64,000 nt of DNA from an uncultured Desulfospira sp. GTDB taxonomy: Bacteria > Desulfobacterota > Desulfobacteria > Desulfobacterales > Desulfobacteraceae. Below are positions 30,207 through 40,399 of this stretch, piece by piece. Position numbers and translations under genes: made by a program. Location: assembly GCA_963663165.1 (NCBI GenBank), contig OY760175.1, positions 416,001 through 480,000 on the forward strand, written 5' to 3'. Position 1 is the stretch's first letter, and every line of letters begins with the position of its first letter. A model generated the notes under the pieces. The model was not told the origin of the DNA and searched no databases. It was given only the letters and a program-made list of their open reading frames with translations.

Positions 30207-30602
30207 ATGATGACCAAAAAGGTTCTGGTGGTAGATGATGATCCGGATGTCAGGTCATTTGTGGTTACTGTTTTAGAAGAAAACCAGTATGCGCCGTTGG
30301 TGGCCGAAGATGGTGTGGAGGGCCTTGAAAAAATAAAGAAAGAGGCCCCGGACCTGGTCGTGCTGGATGTCCTCATGCCAAGAAGCAGTGGGATAAGGCT
30401 TTATCGAACCCTGAAAACCGAAGATGAGTTTAAAACCATTCCCGTGGTTATGTTTACGGGGATCTCCCTTCGGTCGTTTTTGAAATCCCAGAAACTGCTC
30501 GAAGAGTTCAAGGGGCAGGCGGTTCCGGAACCGGAAATCTACCTTGAGAAACCCGTGGAACCGGACGAGCTGGCCAACGCCGTTAAAAAAATGATTGGTT
30601 AA
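30207..30602 (+). CDS. Single-domain response regulator
   Basis: VLVVDDD, LDVLMP, EKP. Confidence 0.9.
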   Translation: MMTKKVLVVDDDPDVRSFVVTVLEENQYAPLVAEDGVEGLEKIKKEAPDLVVLDVLMPRSSGIRLYRTLKTEDEFKTIPVVMFTGISLRSFLKSQKLLEEFKGQAVPEPEIYLEKPVEPDELANAVKKMIG

Positions 30603-30643
30603 CCGATAAAATGAAATCACCGTAAGAAGCGGCCGGAGGTCTT

Positions 30644-31519
30644 ATGAAAATAAAGAAACTGCTTTTTGTGACCAAGTTTGAGGACCTGTGCTATGATGCG
30701 CTTAAATCTTTGCTTGTCTTAGGGCAGGCCGATCTTGAGCATGTGGTGTTTCTCAATGTGATTGAGCGGGACAAGGTGGCCATGAGAAGGGGAACCGGAT
30801 ATTCCAAAGAAGAGGAGGTCAAGCTCAAGGAAACGGCCAATATAAGGTTTATAGACTGGGCGGAAAACCTGTTTGAACTCGGGATGGAAGTCGGCGCCTA
30901 TATTGAGGTGGCTGATTTTATCCATGAAATTCTCAGGGTGGTGGAAAGGGAAAAGCCGGATCTCATTGTGGTGGGCCAGTCCCATAAAGGGCCAATAGAG
31001 CAGCTTTATTCCCCGTCGGATATCACGGAACTGACCCGGCGGACCACGGTGCCCATCCTGGTATTTAAACATATTACAGAAGACTCTCTGGTTCCTGAAG
31101 AATTGTTCAAACGGCCGCTGTTTGCCACCTCATGGTCCCATTCCGGCGAAAAGGCCATATCCCTTCTCAAACCTTTGGGCAAAGTGATCGGGGAAATGCA
31201 CGTCATGCATGTGGTCAAGGAAAGCCTGCTCAAATCAAAGGATTCCCATGATGCCCAGAAGGTGAGAAAAGAGCAGAGAAAACGCTTGGATACCCTTTGC
31301 GATGAATTCGAGGACGCCGGGATTTCGTGCCGGGCCCATGTGTATGCGGGAGATCCTGAAAAGGAAATTTTAAAGGCGGCCAAAGAGTACCAGGCCACCA
31401 TGATTGTCTTAGGGTGCAGTGAAAGAACCGCCATCTTAGAGCGCTGGGTGGGATCCATATCAAAAAATATCGCAGACCAATCCATATATCCTTGCCTTTT
31501 GGTGCCTATAAGGGACTAA
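30644..31519 (+). CDS. Tandem universal stress protein
   Basis: Two USP halves; GSISKNIADQSIYPCLLV. Confidence 0.85.
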   Translation: MKIKKLLFVTKFEDLCYDALKSLLVLGQADLEHVVFLNVIERDKVAMRRGTGYSKEEEVKLKETANIRFIDWAENLFELGMEVGAYIEVADFIHEILRVVEREKPDLIVVGQSHKGPIEQLYSPSDITELTRRTTVPILVFKHITEDSLVPEELFKRPLFATSWSHSGEKAISLLKPLGKVIGEMHVMHVVKESLLKSKDSHDAQKVRKEQRKRLDTLCDEFEDAGISCRAHVYAGDPEKEILKAAKEYQATMIVLGCSERTAILERWVGSISKNIADQSIYPCLLVPIRD

Positions 31520-31592
31520 AAATCCAGGGCAAAACGCCCAGGAAACAGGCTGTTTAAGGGCTTTTGAGGATTATGTACCCCATTAAAACAAC

Positions 31593-31621
31593 TTGACTAC
31601 GCCAAAGGCTTTTGTTAAACA
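31593..31621 (+). promoter_or_regulatory. Putative sigma70 promoter of RR-mrp operon
   Basis: TTGACT-17 nt-TAAACA with TGn extension. Confidence 0.4.
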
Positions 31622-31713
31622 CAAGCTGGTCTTTTATAAAGCCGTGGAAACCTTTAAACAGGGATTTCCCAAACTCGTAATTTAAAAAACCTTAGAAGTT
31701 ACAAGGCTTATTT

Positions 31714-32181
31714 ATGAAACTCCTATTTATTGACGACGAACAGACATTTTTAAAGTACATGGCCAAACGCCTTGTACTTGAAGGATTTTCCGTGAAAACA
31801 ACCTTCTCCGGAGAAGAGGGGGTTGAGGCTGCCGCCAAAGAGGAGTTTGATGTGGCTGTTGTGGATTTACAGATGCCCGGCATTGACGGCATCGAAGTAC
31901 AAAAACGGCTCAAAGAGCTTCAGCCTTCTTTGCCCTGTATTGTCCTCACCGGCCACGGCAACGTGGAAAACGCCCTGGCCTCCGGGAAATACAATGCATT
32001 TAAATTTATGTCCAAGCCGGTGGATATGGAAACCCTGATTGAGACCATTCGTGCGGCAGCTGCCAGCAGAAGTGACAGGGACAGCAGCAGCGTCCTCACC
32101 CAGGAGGGAGAGCCCGCAAAACAGGGGGCGGTTTCCAGGTTATACAAGCGGTTTAAGGGGCTCTACGGCGTTGAAAAATAG
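31714..32181 (+). CDS. Response regulator receiver with short C-terminal tail
   Basis: LLFIDDE, DLQMPG, TGHG, KP. Confidence 0.9.
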   Translation: MKLLFIDDEQTFLKYMAKRLVLEGFSVKTTFSGEEGVEAAAKEEFDVAVVDLQMPGIDGIEVQKRLKELQPSLPCIVLTGHGNVENALASGKYNAFKFMSKPVDMETLIETIRAAAASRSDRDSSSVLTQEGEPAKQGAVSRLYKRFKGLYGVEK

Positions 32182-32261
32182 AATCTGCATTACAAAGAAC
32201 CGGGTACAGGGCATTGTTTCCGGTTTTCATCTCATACTGATTGTCCAAAAGGAGTGATACT

Positions 32262-32816
32262 GTGAGTGATTTAAAACAATCCCTTTCATCCCACAGCCGG
32301 TCCGAAGACACCTCTGCCTCTCAATTCTCTCTTCCTTCGTTTCTGATTACCTTTGTTCTCATGTTTATCACCTGGCTGATTCTGTCCGGTAATTTTTCAG
32401 GCCTGCTCATCGGCCTGGGCCTGTTTTCCAGCGCCCTGGTGGCCTGGTTTTTCCACGATCTGTTGTTTCCTTCCTTCACGGCCGGCCATTTCAGGATTTT
32501 TTTAAAATTCCTGGCCTACATCCCCTGGCTGATTCTTGAAATCATAAAGGCCAATTTCCACCTGCTCTTTTTAGTGTTCCATCCCAAGATGAAAGACTTG
32601 ATTGACCCTCATGTTGTTACCTTTCACACCCATTTAAAATCTGACCTTGCCATTACCACCCTGGCCAACTCCATTACCCTGACCCCGGGCACCATTACCA
32701 TCACCGCGGTCCGGGAGGGAACCTTCAGGGTTCATGCCATTGATAAGCCGTCTGCGGATGCCCTGCCCGGGGCCATGCTGGAAAAGTCGGCTGATATTTT
32801 TGGGGAAAATATATGA
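32262..32816 (+). CDS. mrpE: Mrp antiporter subunit E
   Basis: LANSITLTPGT; GTG start after GGAG. Confidence 0.9.
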   Translation: MSDLKQSLSSHSRSEDTSASQFSLPSFLITFVLMFITWLILSGNFSGLLIGLGLFSSALVAWFFHDLLFPSFTAGHFRIFLKFLAYIPWLILEIIKANFHLLFLVFHPKMKDLIDPHVVTFHTHLKSDLAITTLANSITLTPGTITITAVREGTFRVHAIDKPSADALPGAMLEKSADIFGENI

Positions 32817-33100
32817 ATGTATTTTTGTTGTGCATTGCATTGGGGCTCTGCCTTCTGATGCTGTTGTCCATGTTCCGCTGCCTTTTCGGGCCAACGGTTC
32901 TGGACCGGCTCATCGGTGTGAACGCCATTGGCTCTAAAACCGTTATCCTGCTGCTGCTCATCGGCTTTCTTTACGAACGGATAGATATGTTTGTGGACAT
33001 TGCCCTGGCCTATGCGTTTTTGAACTTTGTGGCCGTGCTGACGGCATCGCGCTACTTCCACAAACGCAAGGGGCTTTATGAGGAATCCTTTAACGAATAA
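32813..33100 (+). CDS. mrpF: Mrp subunit F
   Basis: RCLFGPTVLDR; DIALAYAFLNF. Confidence 0.9.
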   Translation: MNVFLLCIALGLCLLMLLSMFRCLFGPTVLDRLIGVNAIGSKTVILLLLIGFLYERIDMFVDIALAYAFLNFVAVLTASRYFHKRKGLYEESFNE

Positions 33101-33180
33101 GAACGGGAGACCGGAAAATCGGGAAAGCCAATACCAAAGGATAAACCGGCTAACAGCTAAAAGCTAAAATAAGGATACCT

Positions 33181-33546
33181 ATGGGGATTATATTAAACGT
33201 GCTGGCCATCTTTTTTCTGACCACCGGCCTGATCTTTTTCTTAGGCGGGGCCATCGGGATCTTGAGAATGCCGGATTTTTATTCAAGACTCCATCCTGCC
33301 GGGAAACTGGACACCCTTGGGATCATGTCCATGGTGATCGGCCTTGTCTTTTTTAACCTTCACCACTTAAGTCTTGCCTCAGTGCTGATCTGCATCAAAA
33401 TGCTGCTCATCGTCTTTTTTGTCTTTATGTCCAGCCCTACGGCCACCCATTCCATTGTTGACGCGGGCATGCGGGCCGGCCTTCGCCCCTGGGTAAAGAA
33501 AAAAGGCGCAGACCAGATGCCGGAAAGGACCATTGAAAAGGAATAA
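33181..33546 (+). CDS. mrpG: Mrp subunit G
   Basis: RMPDFYSRLH...KLDTLG; SPTATH. Confidence 0.9.
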   Translation: MGIILNVLAIFFLTTGLIFFLGGAIGILRMPDFYSRLHPAGKLDTLGIMSMVIGLVFFNLHHLSLASVLICIKMLLIVFFVFMSSPTATHSIVDAGMRAGLRPWVKKKGADQMPERTIEKE

Positions 33547-33548
33547 GC

Positions 33549-33794
33549 ATGTATTTTCCCATTGATCTGATCATTTTAACCTTTGTCATCTTTTGTGCCA
33601 TTGCCGCCATCACGGTCAGGGACCTTTTGGGGACGGCCATTTTATTCGGGGCCTATTCCTTTATGATGTGTCTGCTGTGGGCGGTGATGGGTGCCGTAGA
33701 CGTGGCCTTTACCGAAGCCTCGGTGGGGGCCGGTGTCAGTACGGTGTTCTTTGTTGCCGCAGTATTTAGAACCAGCAGGAGGACCAAAGATTGA
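33549..33794 (+). CDS. DUF4040/MbhD-like Mrp subunit (separated MrpA C-terminal part)
   Basis: GAVDVAFTEASVGAG. Confidence 0.85.
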   Translation: MYFPIDLIILTFVIFCAIAAITVRDLLGTAILFGAYSFMMCLLWAVMGAVDVAFTEASVGAGVSTVFFVAAVFRTSRRTKD

Positions 33795-34609
33795 AGCTAT
33801 TTGCCTTTATTGTTGTCTGCCTGACCGGCGCCTTTTTGCTTTACGGTACCGGAGAGCTTCCCGACTGGGGTGATCCCCATTCCCCGGCATCCCTTCACCT
33901 GTCCAACTACTATATTGAAAAGGCGGTGGAAGAAACCGATGTGCCCAACCTGGTGACGGCTGTGCTGGCCGATTACAGGGGGTTTGACACCATGTTTGAA
34001 ACCGCTGTGGTGTTTTGTGCGGGCCTGGCCTGTTTTCTGCTGCTTCGGGACTTTCGCCCTAAACAGGACCATTATTACCGGCATGTCCCGTCCGGGGTGG
34101 TGCTTCATGTCAAGAACCCGGATAAAGAGATCCGGGTCGGCCGGGAATTTGAAGATATGGACAGGGACTGGGTCCCTTCGGATATTATTATCAAAACGGT
34201 ATGCCGGATTCTCATCCCCTTTATCCAGATTTATGCCCTTTATGTGGTGGCCCATGGCGATTTTTCCCCGGGGGGCGGGTTCCAGGGGGGCGTTATTTTC
34301 GGCTCTAGCCTGATTCTGATCGCCATTGCCTATAATTTAAAAACGTTGATGAAACGGATCAGCGAAAAATTTTTAGGGGTGTTTTCTGCCATCGGGGTGT
34401 TGATCTATGTGGGGATCGGGGCACTGGCCATGTTCATGGGCGGCCATTTTTTAGATTACGGCAAGCTTGAACCCATTTTAGGGCATCACCATGTCAGGGC
34501 CTTAGGGATGCTCGGGGTTGAAATCGGCGTGGGCATCGCCGTCACCATGGTGATGGTCATCATTTACATTAACATCGTCTCAGAAGGCCGACACGACGAA
34601 GGATTATAG
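33791..34609 (+). CDS. mrpB: Mrp subunit B (MbhE+MnhB type)
   Basis: NLVTAVLADYRGFDTMFE; SPGGGFQGG. Confidence 0.9.
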   Translation: MKLFAFIVVCLTGAFLLYGTGELPDWGDPHSPASLHLSNYYIEKAVEETDVPNLVTAVLADYRGFDTMFETAVVFCAGLACFLLLRDFRPKQDHYYRHVPSGVVLHVKNPDKEIRVGREFEDMDRDWVPSDIIIKTVCRILIPFIQIYALYVVAHGDFSPGGGFQGGVIFGSSLILIAIAYNLKTLMKRISEKFLGVFSAIGVLIYVGIGALAMFMGGHFLDYGKLEPILGHHHVRALGMLGVEIGVGIAVTMVMVIIYINIVSEGRHDEGL

Positions 34610-34616
34610 GAAAAAG

Positions 34617-35015
34617 ATGATGGATCTCTTACACCTGATCGTTGCCAAGTACAATTACTGGCTTTATATCGTTCTCATGATGATCGGCCTGTATGCCATG
34701 ATTGCCAAAAATAACCTGATCAAGAAACTGGTGGGCATGAATATTTTCCAGACCGCCATTATTCTGTTTTATGTGTCTATTGGCTTTAAACGGGAGGGGA
34801 CCATTCCCATTATCCAGGGGGGAGGGCACGGCAGCCATGACGCCGTGATTCACGCGGCTGATTACATCAACCCGCTTCCCCATGTACTGATGCTTACGGC
34901 CATTGTGGTCTCTGTGGCCACCTTCGGGGTAGCCATGGCCCTGTGTGTAAGGATATATCAGCGGTACCAGACCCTGGAAGAAAATGAACTTCGAATGCGC
35001 TTATCGGAAAAGTAG
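34617..35015 (+). CDS. mrpC: Mrp subunit C
   Basis: NLIKKLVG; NPLPHVLMLTAIVV. Confidence 0.92.
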   Translation: MMDLLHLIVAKYNYWLYIVLMMIGLYAMIAKNNLIKKLVGMNIFQTAIILFYVSIGFKREGTIPIIQGGGHGSHDAVIHAADYINPLPHVLMLTAIVVSVATFGVAMALCVRIYQRYQTLEENELRMRLSEK

Positions 35016-35018
35016 ACC

Positions 35019-36503
35019 ATGAATAATTATCCAGCACTTGTTGTGATTGCCCCCCTGTTAGGGGCCTTTTTTGCGGGGATTATCACCTGGGTGGAAGACC
35101 GGTTAACCTATCCCTTTGCCCTGGCCGCTATGGGCATCAGCCTTTATTCCAGCATTCAGAACCTGTTGACGGTCCTGTCCACAGGCCCTATCCAGTACCG
35201 CATGGCCGGCTGGGCTCCGCCCATGGGAATTGAGTATAAAATTGACAGCCTGAACGGCATGGTCATGGTGCTGGTGGCCGCCATCCTGTTTTTAAACCTG
35301 GTGGCCAGCTACCGGAACATTCAAAAGGATACCCCGGACAGAAGCGGGGCCTTTTTTGTAATGTACCTGCTGTTTGCCGTGGGCCTTTTGGGGGTCACGG
35401 CCACAGGGGATTTGTTCAACCTTTATGTCCTCATTGAGATCACCTCTTTGAGTTCCTATACCATGATTGCCTTAGGGGACAGGGACCGGGGGGCCATTGC
35501 CAGCCTGAACTATATTTTTATCGGGGTGATCGGGGCCTCTTTTTATCTGCTGGGGGTGGGATACATCTACATTAAAACCGGCTCCCTCAACATGCTGGAT
35601 GTGGCCCATATCCTTGACACCATTGAAGGCTCTTCCACGGTGCTGGTGGCCTTTTTGCTGTGCATGATCGGGGTCTGGATCAAGATGGCCCTGTTCCCGC
35701 TGCATGTCTGGCTGCCCAATGCCTATTCCAGCGCACCCATGGGGTTTGCAAGGGTGGTGGCGCCCTTGATGACCAAGGTCATGGTCTATGCCATGGTCAG
35801 GCTCATGGTCACGGTGTTCGGGTTTGACTATATTTTTGAGCAGCTTCATCTTTCCGATGCTGTGGTCTGGCTGGGCACCATCGCCATTCTGGCCGGCGGG
35901 GTCATTGCCCTGGCCCAGAACAACTTAAAAAGGATGCTCACCTTTATCATTGTCTGTGAGATCGGATACATGGTGGGCGGGGCATGGCTCGGCAATACCT
36001 TAGGGATGACCGGGACCATCCTTCATATTGTCAACGATGCCGCCATGACCTTTGCCCTGTTCCTGGCCGTGGGCAACATGGTCTACAAACTGGACCGGGT
36101 GAACCTTCAAGACCTTCAGGGGCTGTTCGGCAAAATGCCCTGGACCATGACCGGTTTTGTCCTGGCCGCCTTCAGCATTATCGGGGTGCCGCCCACTTGC
36201 GGGTTCTTCTCAAAATGGTACCTGATCCTGGGCGCCTTTGAGGCCGGGGCCTACCATTTTGCCGCGGCACTGCTGATCTCTTCACTGATCTGTGCGGTGC
36301 TTTTTTTCAGGGTGTTTGAGGTCTGCTTTTTTGAGCCGGAATCATCAGGAGACCACGGCCACGGCCACCACGAAGCCGTGGCCATGGATGAGGCCCCGGT
36401 GTCTTCCCTTGCGGTTCTCGGTATTGTCAGTGTGGCGCTGGTGGGGCTTGGCATCTTTTCAAGATCCATTGTGGACCAGGTGATCCTTCCCTTTTTACAA
36501 TAA
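35019..36503 (+). CDS. mrpD: Mrp subunit D (first)
   Basis: GDLFNLYVLIE; KMALFPLHVWLP; PPTCGFFSKW. Confidence 0.9.
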   Translation: MNNYPALVVIAPLLGAFFAGIITWVEDRLTYPFALAAMGISLYSSIQNLLTVLSTGPIQYRMAGWAPPMGIEYKIDSLNGMVMVLVAAILFLNLVASYRNIQKDTPDRSGAFFVMYLLFAVGLLGVTATGDLFNLYVLIEITSLSSYTMIALGDRDRGAIASLNYIFIGVIGASFYLLGVGYIYIKTGSLNMLDVAHILDTIEGSSTVLVAFLLCMIGVWIKMALFPLHVWLPNAYSSAPMGFARVVAPLMTKVMVYAMVRLMVTVFGFDYIFEQLHLSDAVVWLGTIAILAGGVIALAQNNLKRMLTFIIVCEIGYMVGGAWLGNTLGMTGTILHIVNDAAMTFALFLAVGNMVYKLDRVNLQDLQGLFGKMPWTMTGFVLAAFSIIGVPPTCGFFSKWYLILGAFEAGAYHFAAALLISSLICAVLFFRVFEVCFFEPESSGDHGHGHHEAVAMDEAPVSSLAVLGIVSVALVGLGIFSRSIVDQVILPFLQ

Positions 36504-36530
36504 TGGTTTAAACACAAGGCAAAGGAATAA

Positions 36531-38012
36531 ATGGAACTGATACCTTCAATTAGACCCTTTCTGGCGGTGATGGTTACCCTGGCTGTGATTCCGGTTCTGG
36601 TTTCTTCTTCAGACAAACCCAATGTTCGGGAGGGCTGGACATTTATTGCCGGGTCCATAAAATTTTTGATCGTACTGTCCATGCTGCCGGCCATTCTTTC
36701 CGGCAACCAGATCGTCTTTACGTTGTTCAAGGTGGCCCCGGGGGCGGATATTGCCTTCAGGGTGGACGCCTTAGGGATGTTGTTCGGCCTTGTGGCCTCA
36801 TCCTTGTACATTGTGACGTCCATGTACTCCATCGGGTACATGCGGGGGCTTGACGAACACGGCCAGACCCGGTTTGTCTCCTTTTTTGCCCTGGCGTTGT
36901 CCGCCACCATCGGGGCGGCCTTTTCCGCCAACCTGCTGACCCTGTATCTGTTTTACGAGATTTTATCTTTGGCCACTTATCCGCTGGTCACCCATCATCA
37001 GGACAGGTTGTCCCGGGTGTCCGGCCGGCGGTATTTAACCTTTATTTTAGGCACCTCCATCGGCCTGGTCCTGCCGGCCATGATCTGGTGCTACCATGTG
37101 ACCGGAACCCTGGAATTTGCCCCCGGCGGTATCTTTTCAGGCCAGCTGGCCAAGCCCCAGGCCATGGTGCTGCTGCTCATGTTTGTGTTCGGCTTTGCCA
37201 AGGCCGGGATCATGCCCTTTCACTCCTGGCTGCCCGCGGCCATGGTGGCGCCCACACCGGTATCTGCCCTGCTTCATGCCGTGGCCGTGGTAAAGGTCGG
37301 GGTGTTTTCCATCGTCCGGGTAATCACGGGAATTTTTGGGATTGAACTGCTGTCATCCCTTAGCTTAGGGGCGGTGGTGGCCGGCATTGCATCGGTGACC
37401 ATTCTGGTTAGCTCTGCCATTGCCCTGTCCCAGGATGAATTTAAACGGCGGCTGGCGTATTCAACCATTGGCCAGCTGTCCTATATTGTTCTTGGTGCCG
37501 CCCTGCTCAGCCCCAAAGGGGTGACCGGCGGACTGCTTCACATTGCCATGCACGCCTTTGGCAAAATTACCCTGTTTTTTTGCGCCGGCGCCATTTTTGT
37601 GACCACCGGTGAAAAATATTTAAGCCGGATGGTGGGAATCGGGTATCGCATGCCCGTGACCATGACAGCCTTTTTGATCGGGGCCATGTCCATCATCGGG
37701 CTGCCGCCCACGGGCGGTTTTATCAGTAAGTGGTACCTGGTGTTGGGTACCCTGGAAGCGGATCAGATTTTCATGCTCTTTGTATTGCTGACATCCTCCC
37801 TGCTCAATGCCGCTTATTTTATGCCCATTTTTTACAAAGCGTTTTTCTGCGCCCCTGACGAAGCCATGTTTGAGCGAAAAGTGGATGAGGCACCCGTGAT
37901 GTGCGTGGTGCCCCTGGTGATTACCGCGTTGATCTCCTTTATTCTCTTTTTTGCCCCCAAGCCTTTTCTGGATTTGGCATCCATGGCGGCCAAGGGATTT
38001 ATTGGAGGTTAG
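36531..38012 (+). CDS. Mrp large subunit D/A-like (second)
   Basis: PFHSWLPAAMVAPTPVSALLHA; AYSTIGQL. Confidence 0.88.
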   Translation: MELIPSIRPFLAVMVTLAVIPVLVSSSDKPNVREGWTFIAGSIKFLIVLSMLPAILSGNQIVFTLFKVAPGADIAFRVDALGMLFGLVASSLYIVTSMYSIGYMRGLDEHGQTRFVSFFALALSATIGAAFSANLLTLYLFYEILSLATYPLVTHHQDRLSRVSGRRYLTFILGTSIGLVLPAMIWCYHVTGTLEFAPGGIFSGQLAKPQAMVLLLMFVFGFAKAGIMPFHSWLPAAMVAPTPVSALLHAVAVVKVGVFSIVRVITGIFGIELLSSLSLGAVVAGIASVTILVSSAIALSQDEFKRRLAYSTIGQLSYIVLGAALLSPKGVTGGLLHIAMHAFGKITLFFCAGAIFVTTGEKYLSRMVGIGYRMPVTMTAFLIGAMSIIGLPPTGGFISKWYLVLGTLEADQIFMLFVLLTSSLLNAAYFMPIFYKAFFCAPDEAMFERKVDEAPVMCVVPLVITALISFILFFAPKPFLDLASMAAKGFIGG

Positions 38013-38019
38013 ACTGTCT

Positions 38020-38154
38020 ATGGAACAAAACGACAAAAAAGAATTAATGGAACTCAAACACGAGGCCGTGCCCGGGTACCGGCCGGTGTTTCTGGCTGTG
38101 TTTGCGGTCAGCTGCCTGTATATGGCCTATATCCTGTCCCGCCCCTGTTTTTAA
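38020..38154 (+). CDS. 44-aa single-TM Mrp-associated microprotein
   Basis: GGAGG RBS, ATG at 38020; MEQNDKKELMELKHEAVPGYRPVFLAVFAVSCLYMAYILSRPCF; paralog at 44513-44650. Confidence 0.75.
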   Translation: MEQNDKKELMELKHEAVPGYRPVFLAVFAVSCLYMAYILSRPCF

Positions 38155-38158
38155 TTTG

Positions 38159-38284
38159 GGGTTTGAACAAAAAATCACCCATCTGCTGTGTTGCAGAAAA
38201 AGCGGCAATCCTCACAACCCTGAAGGTTGCTCCGGTTACCACTTTCCCTGCGCCTTGCATCTGGGCCATTTTTTGCCCAAACCC
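38159..38284 (-). repeat. Structured palindromic element (copy B)
   Basis: Homolog of 6174-6300 with compensatory and G-T stem changes. Confidence 0.85.
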
Positions 38285-38335
38285 GGGGTTTGAAAGTAAA
38301 ATAAAAAGAGAAGATTAAGGAAAGTTTATATCATC

Positions 38336-38608
38336 ATGGAAAAAAAACATATGTTCGACAATCCGGAAAACGTTAAAAGACTGCTCAAGGTTTTTTTCAC
38401 TTCCGTTATCGGACTGCTGATAATTGATTTCGTTTATATGGTCCTTTCAGAAAAGCATATCATTCACCGGCATGCTGAATATGAGTGGGAAACCTTTTGG
38501 GGATTTTATTGTTTTTACGGCTTTGTGGCCTGTGTGGTCCTGGTGCTGGTGTCCAAGTACATCCTTCGGCCCCTGGTAAGGCGCAAGGAGGACTATTATG
38601 ACAACTAA
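38336..38608 (+). CDS. Small 2-TM Mrp-associated protein
   Basis: FDNPENVKRL...GFYCFYGF...RRKEDYYDN; overlaps next gene; paralog at 44245-44490. Confidence 0.85.
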   Translation: MEKKHMFDNPENVKRLLKVFFTSVIGLLIIDFVYMVLSEKHIIHRHAEYEWETFWGFYCFYGFVACVVLVLVSKYILRPLVRRKEDYYDN

Positions 38609-40388
38609 TACCATGCCGGCCCTGATTTTTATTCTGGGGGGCCTTCTGGTGCCCCTGTTCCGGGGCAAGGCCAAAGCTGTTTACATGATGCTGATCCCCA
38701 TCGTGGGATTTATCAATCTGATTCATCTGCCCATGGGCGACAGCCACTTTATGGTCTTTCAGGATTTCAGCCTGGTTGAGATGCATGTGGACCGGCTCAG
38801 CCTCCTGTTCGGGTATATTTTTCATATTATTGCCCTGATCACGGTGATTTATATCCTCAATTTCAAGAGCAATGCCGAGTTTGTGGCCGGGTTCTTTTAT
38901 GCGGGTGCGGCCTTGGGAACCATTTTTGCCGGGGACTTGTTCACCTTTTTTGTGTTCTGGGAATGCCTGACCATTGGATCGGTGATGCTGATCTGGTCCA
39001 GAAAAACCAAGGCGGCCCAGAGTGCCGGGTTCCGGTATCTCATGGTCCATGCCTTTGGCGGGCTGGTGCTGCTGGCCGGTATCGTGTTCCACTATTCGGG
39101 CACCGGTTCACTTGATATGGCGAAGATGGCCCTGGGCAGTTTTGCATCCTACCTGATTTTTCTGGGGATCGGCATTAACTGTGCCTGGCCGCTGATCCAT
39201 CCCTGGCTAACCGATGCTTACCCTGAGGCCACCATCGGCGGCACGGTCTTCTTAAGTGCATTTACCACCAAAACAGCCGTTTATGCCCTGGCAAGGCTTT
39301 TTCCGGGCACCGAAGCCCTGATCTGGATCGGGGTGGGCATGGCCGCCTTCCCCATCTTTTATGCGGTCATTGAAAATGATCTTCGACGGGTCCTGGCCTA
39401 CAGCCTGATCAACCAGGTCGGGTTCATGGTGGTGGGCATCGGCATCGGGACCGAGCTTGCCGTTAACGGTGCCTGCGCCCATGCCTTCAACGACATCCTG
39501 TTTAAAGGGCTGTTGTTCATGTCCATGGGGGCGGTGATGTACCGGACCGGCAAAATCAATGCCACGGATCTTGGTGGGCTTTACAAGAGCATGCCCTGGA
39601 CCTGTCTGTTCTGTTGTGTGGGGGCTGCGTCCATCTCAGCGTTTCCGCTGTTTTCAGGCTTTGTGTCCAAGTCCATGGTCATGTCTGCGGCAGCCCACGG
39701 CTCCCATGAAGCAGGCCATGGCAGCCTGGTGTTTGTCTGGCTCGTGCTGCTGTTTGCCTCGGCCGGTGTGTTCCACCATGCCGGGATCAAGATTCCGTTT
39801 TTTGCCTTTTTCGGCCATGATGCAGGCCACAGGGTTAAGGAAGCGCCTTTGAACATGCTCATTGCCATGGGGATTGCCGCATTCTTATGTATTTTTATTG
39901 GTGTTTTCCCCGGGCCTCTGTATTCAATTCTGCCCTTTCCCGTGGATTACCATCCCTATACCATTTCCCATGTGCTGACCCAGACCGAGCTGCTCTTTTT
40001 CTCGGCCCTGGCCTTTGCCTTGCTGCTTTTGGCCGGCATATACCCGGCGGAACAGCGGGCAGTGAACCTGGATTCCGACTGGTTTTACCGCAAAGGCGGC
40101 AAATGGGTGTATACCGTTCTGGCCAACACCCTCAACCCGTTAAACACCCAGTGCGATTCAGTGGTCAAAGGCGTTTTTTACGGAACCGGCCGGTTTTTCA
40201 AGGATGCGGGGATCCGGGTGGCGTTGTTTTTTTCGGTGAACTACTGGCTGGCCCGGTCCATCAGGGGAAAACAGCTGGAGTTTAAAAAAGCCCGGCTCTA
40301 TCAGGACATGATGGAAGGGACCGTGCCCATCGGCATCGGTGCCGCAGTGGCAGTTTCCTTTATTTTCCTGGTCTATATTCTAACTTAA
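38598..40388 (+). CDS. Mrp large subunit (third, Na+/H+ antiporter subunit D/A-like)
   Basis: HPWLTDAYPEAT; SAFTTKTAVY; AYSLINQVGFM. Confidence 0.9.
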   Translation: MTTNTMPALIFILGGLLVPLFRGKAKAVYMMLIPIVGFINLIHLPMGDSHFMVFQDFSLVEMHVDRLSLLFGYIFHIIALITVIYILNFKSNAEFVAGFFYAGAALGTIFAGDLFTFFVFWECLTIGSVMLIWSRKTKAAQSAGFRYLMVHAFGGLVLLAGIVFHYSGTGSLDMAKMALGSFASYLIFLGIGINCAWPLIHPWLTDAYPEATIGGTVFLSAFTTKTAVYALARLFPGTEALIWIGVGMAAFPIFYAVIENDLRRVLAYSLINQVGFMVVGIGIGTELAVNGACAHAFNDILFKGLLFMSMGAVMYRTGKINATDLGGLYKSMPWTCLFCCVGAASISAFPLFSGFVSKSMVMSAAAHGSHEAGHGSLVFVWLVLLFASAGVFHHAGIKIPFFAFFGHDAGHRVKEAPLNMLIAMGIAAFLCIFIGVFPGPLYSILPFPVDYHPYTISHVLTQTELLFFSALAFALLLLAGIYPAEQRAVNLDSDWFYRKGGKWVYTVLANTLNPLNTQCDSVVKGVFYGTGRFFKDAGIRVALFFSVNYWLARSIRGKQLEFKKARLYQDMMEGTVPIGIGAAVAVSFIFLVYILT

Positions 40389-40399
40389 GGGAAGGCAGC

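Noticed and set aside
32262..40388. Membrane arm of an energy-converting hydrogenase or complex I
   Set aside because: No NuoH, NuoB/D/I or hydrogenase subunits; the MrpEFG set indicates an antiporter
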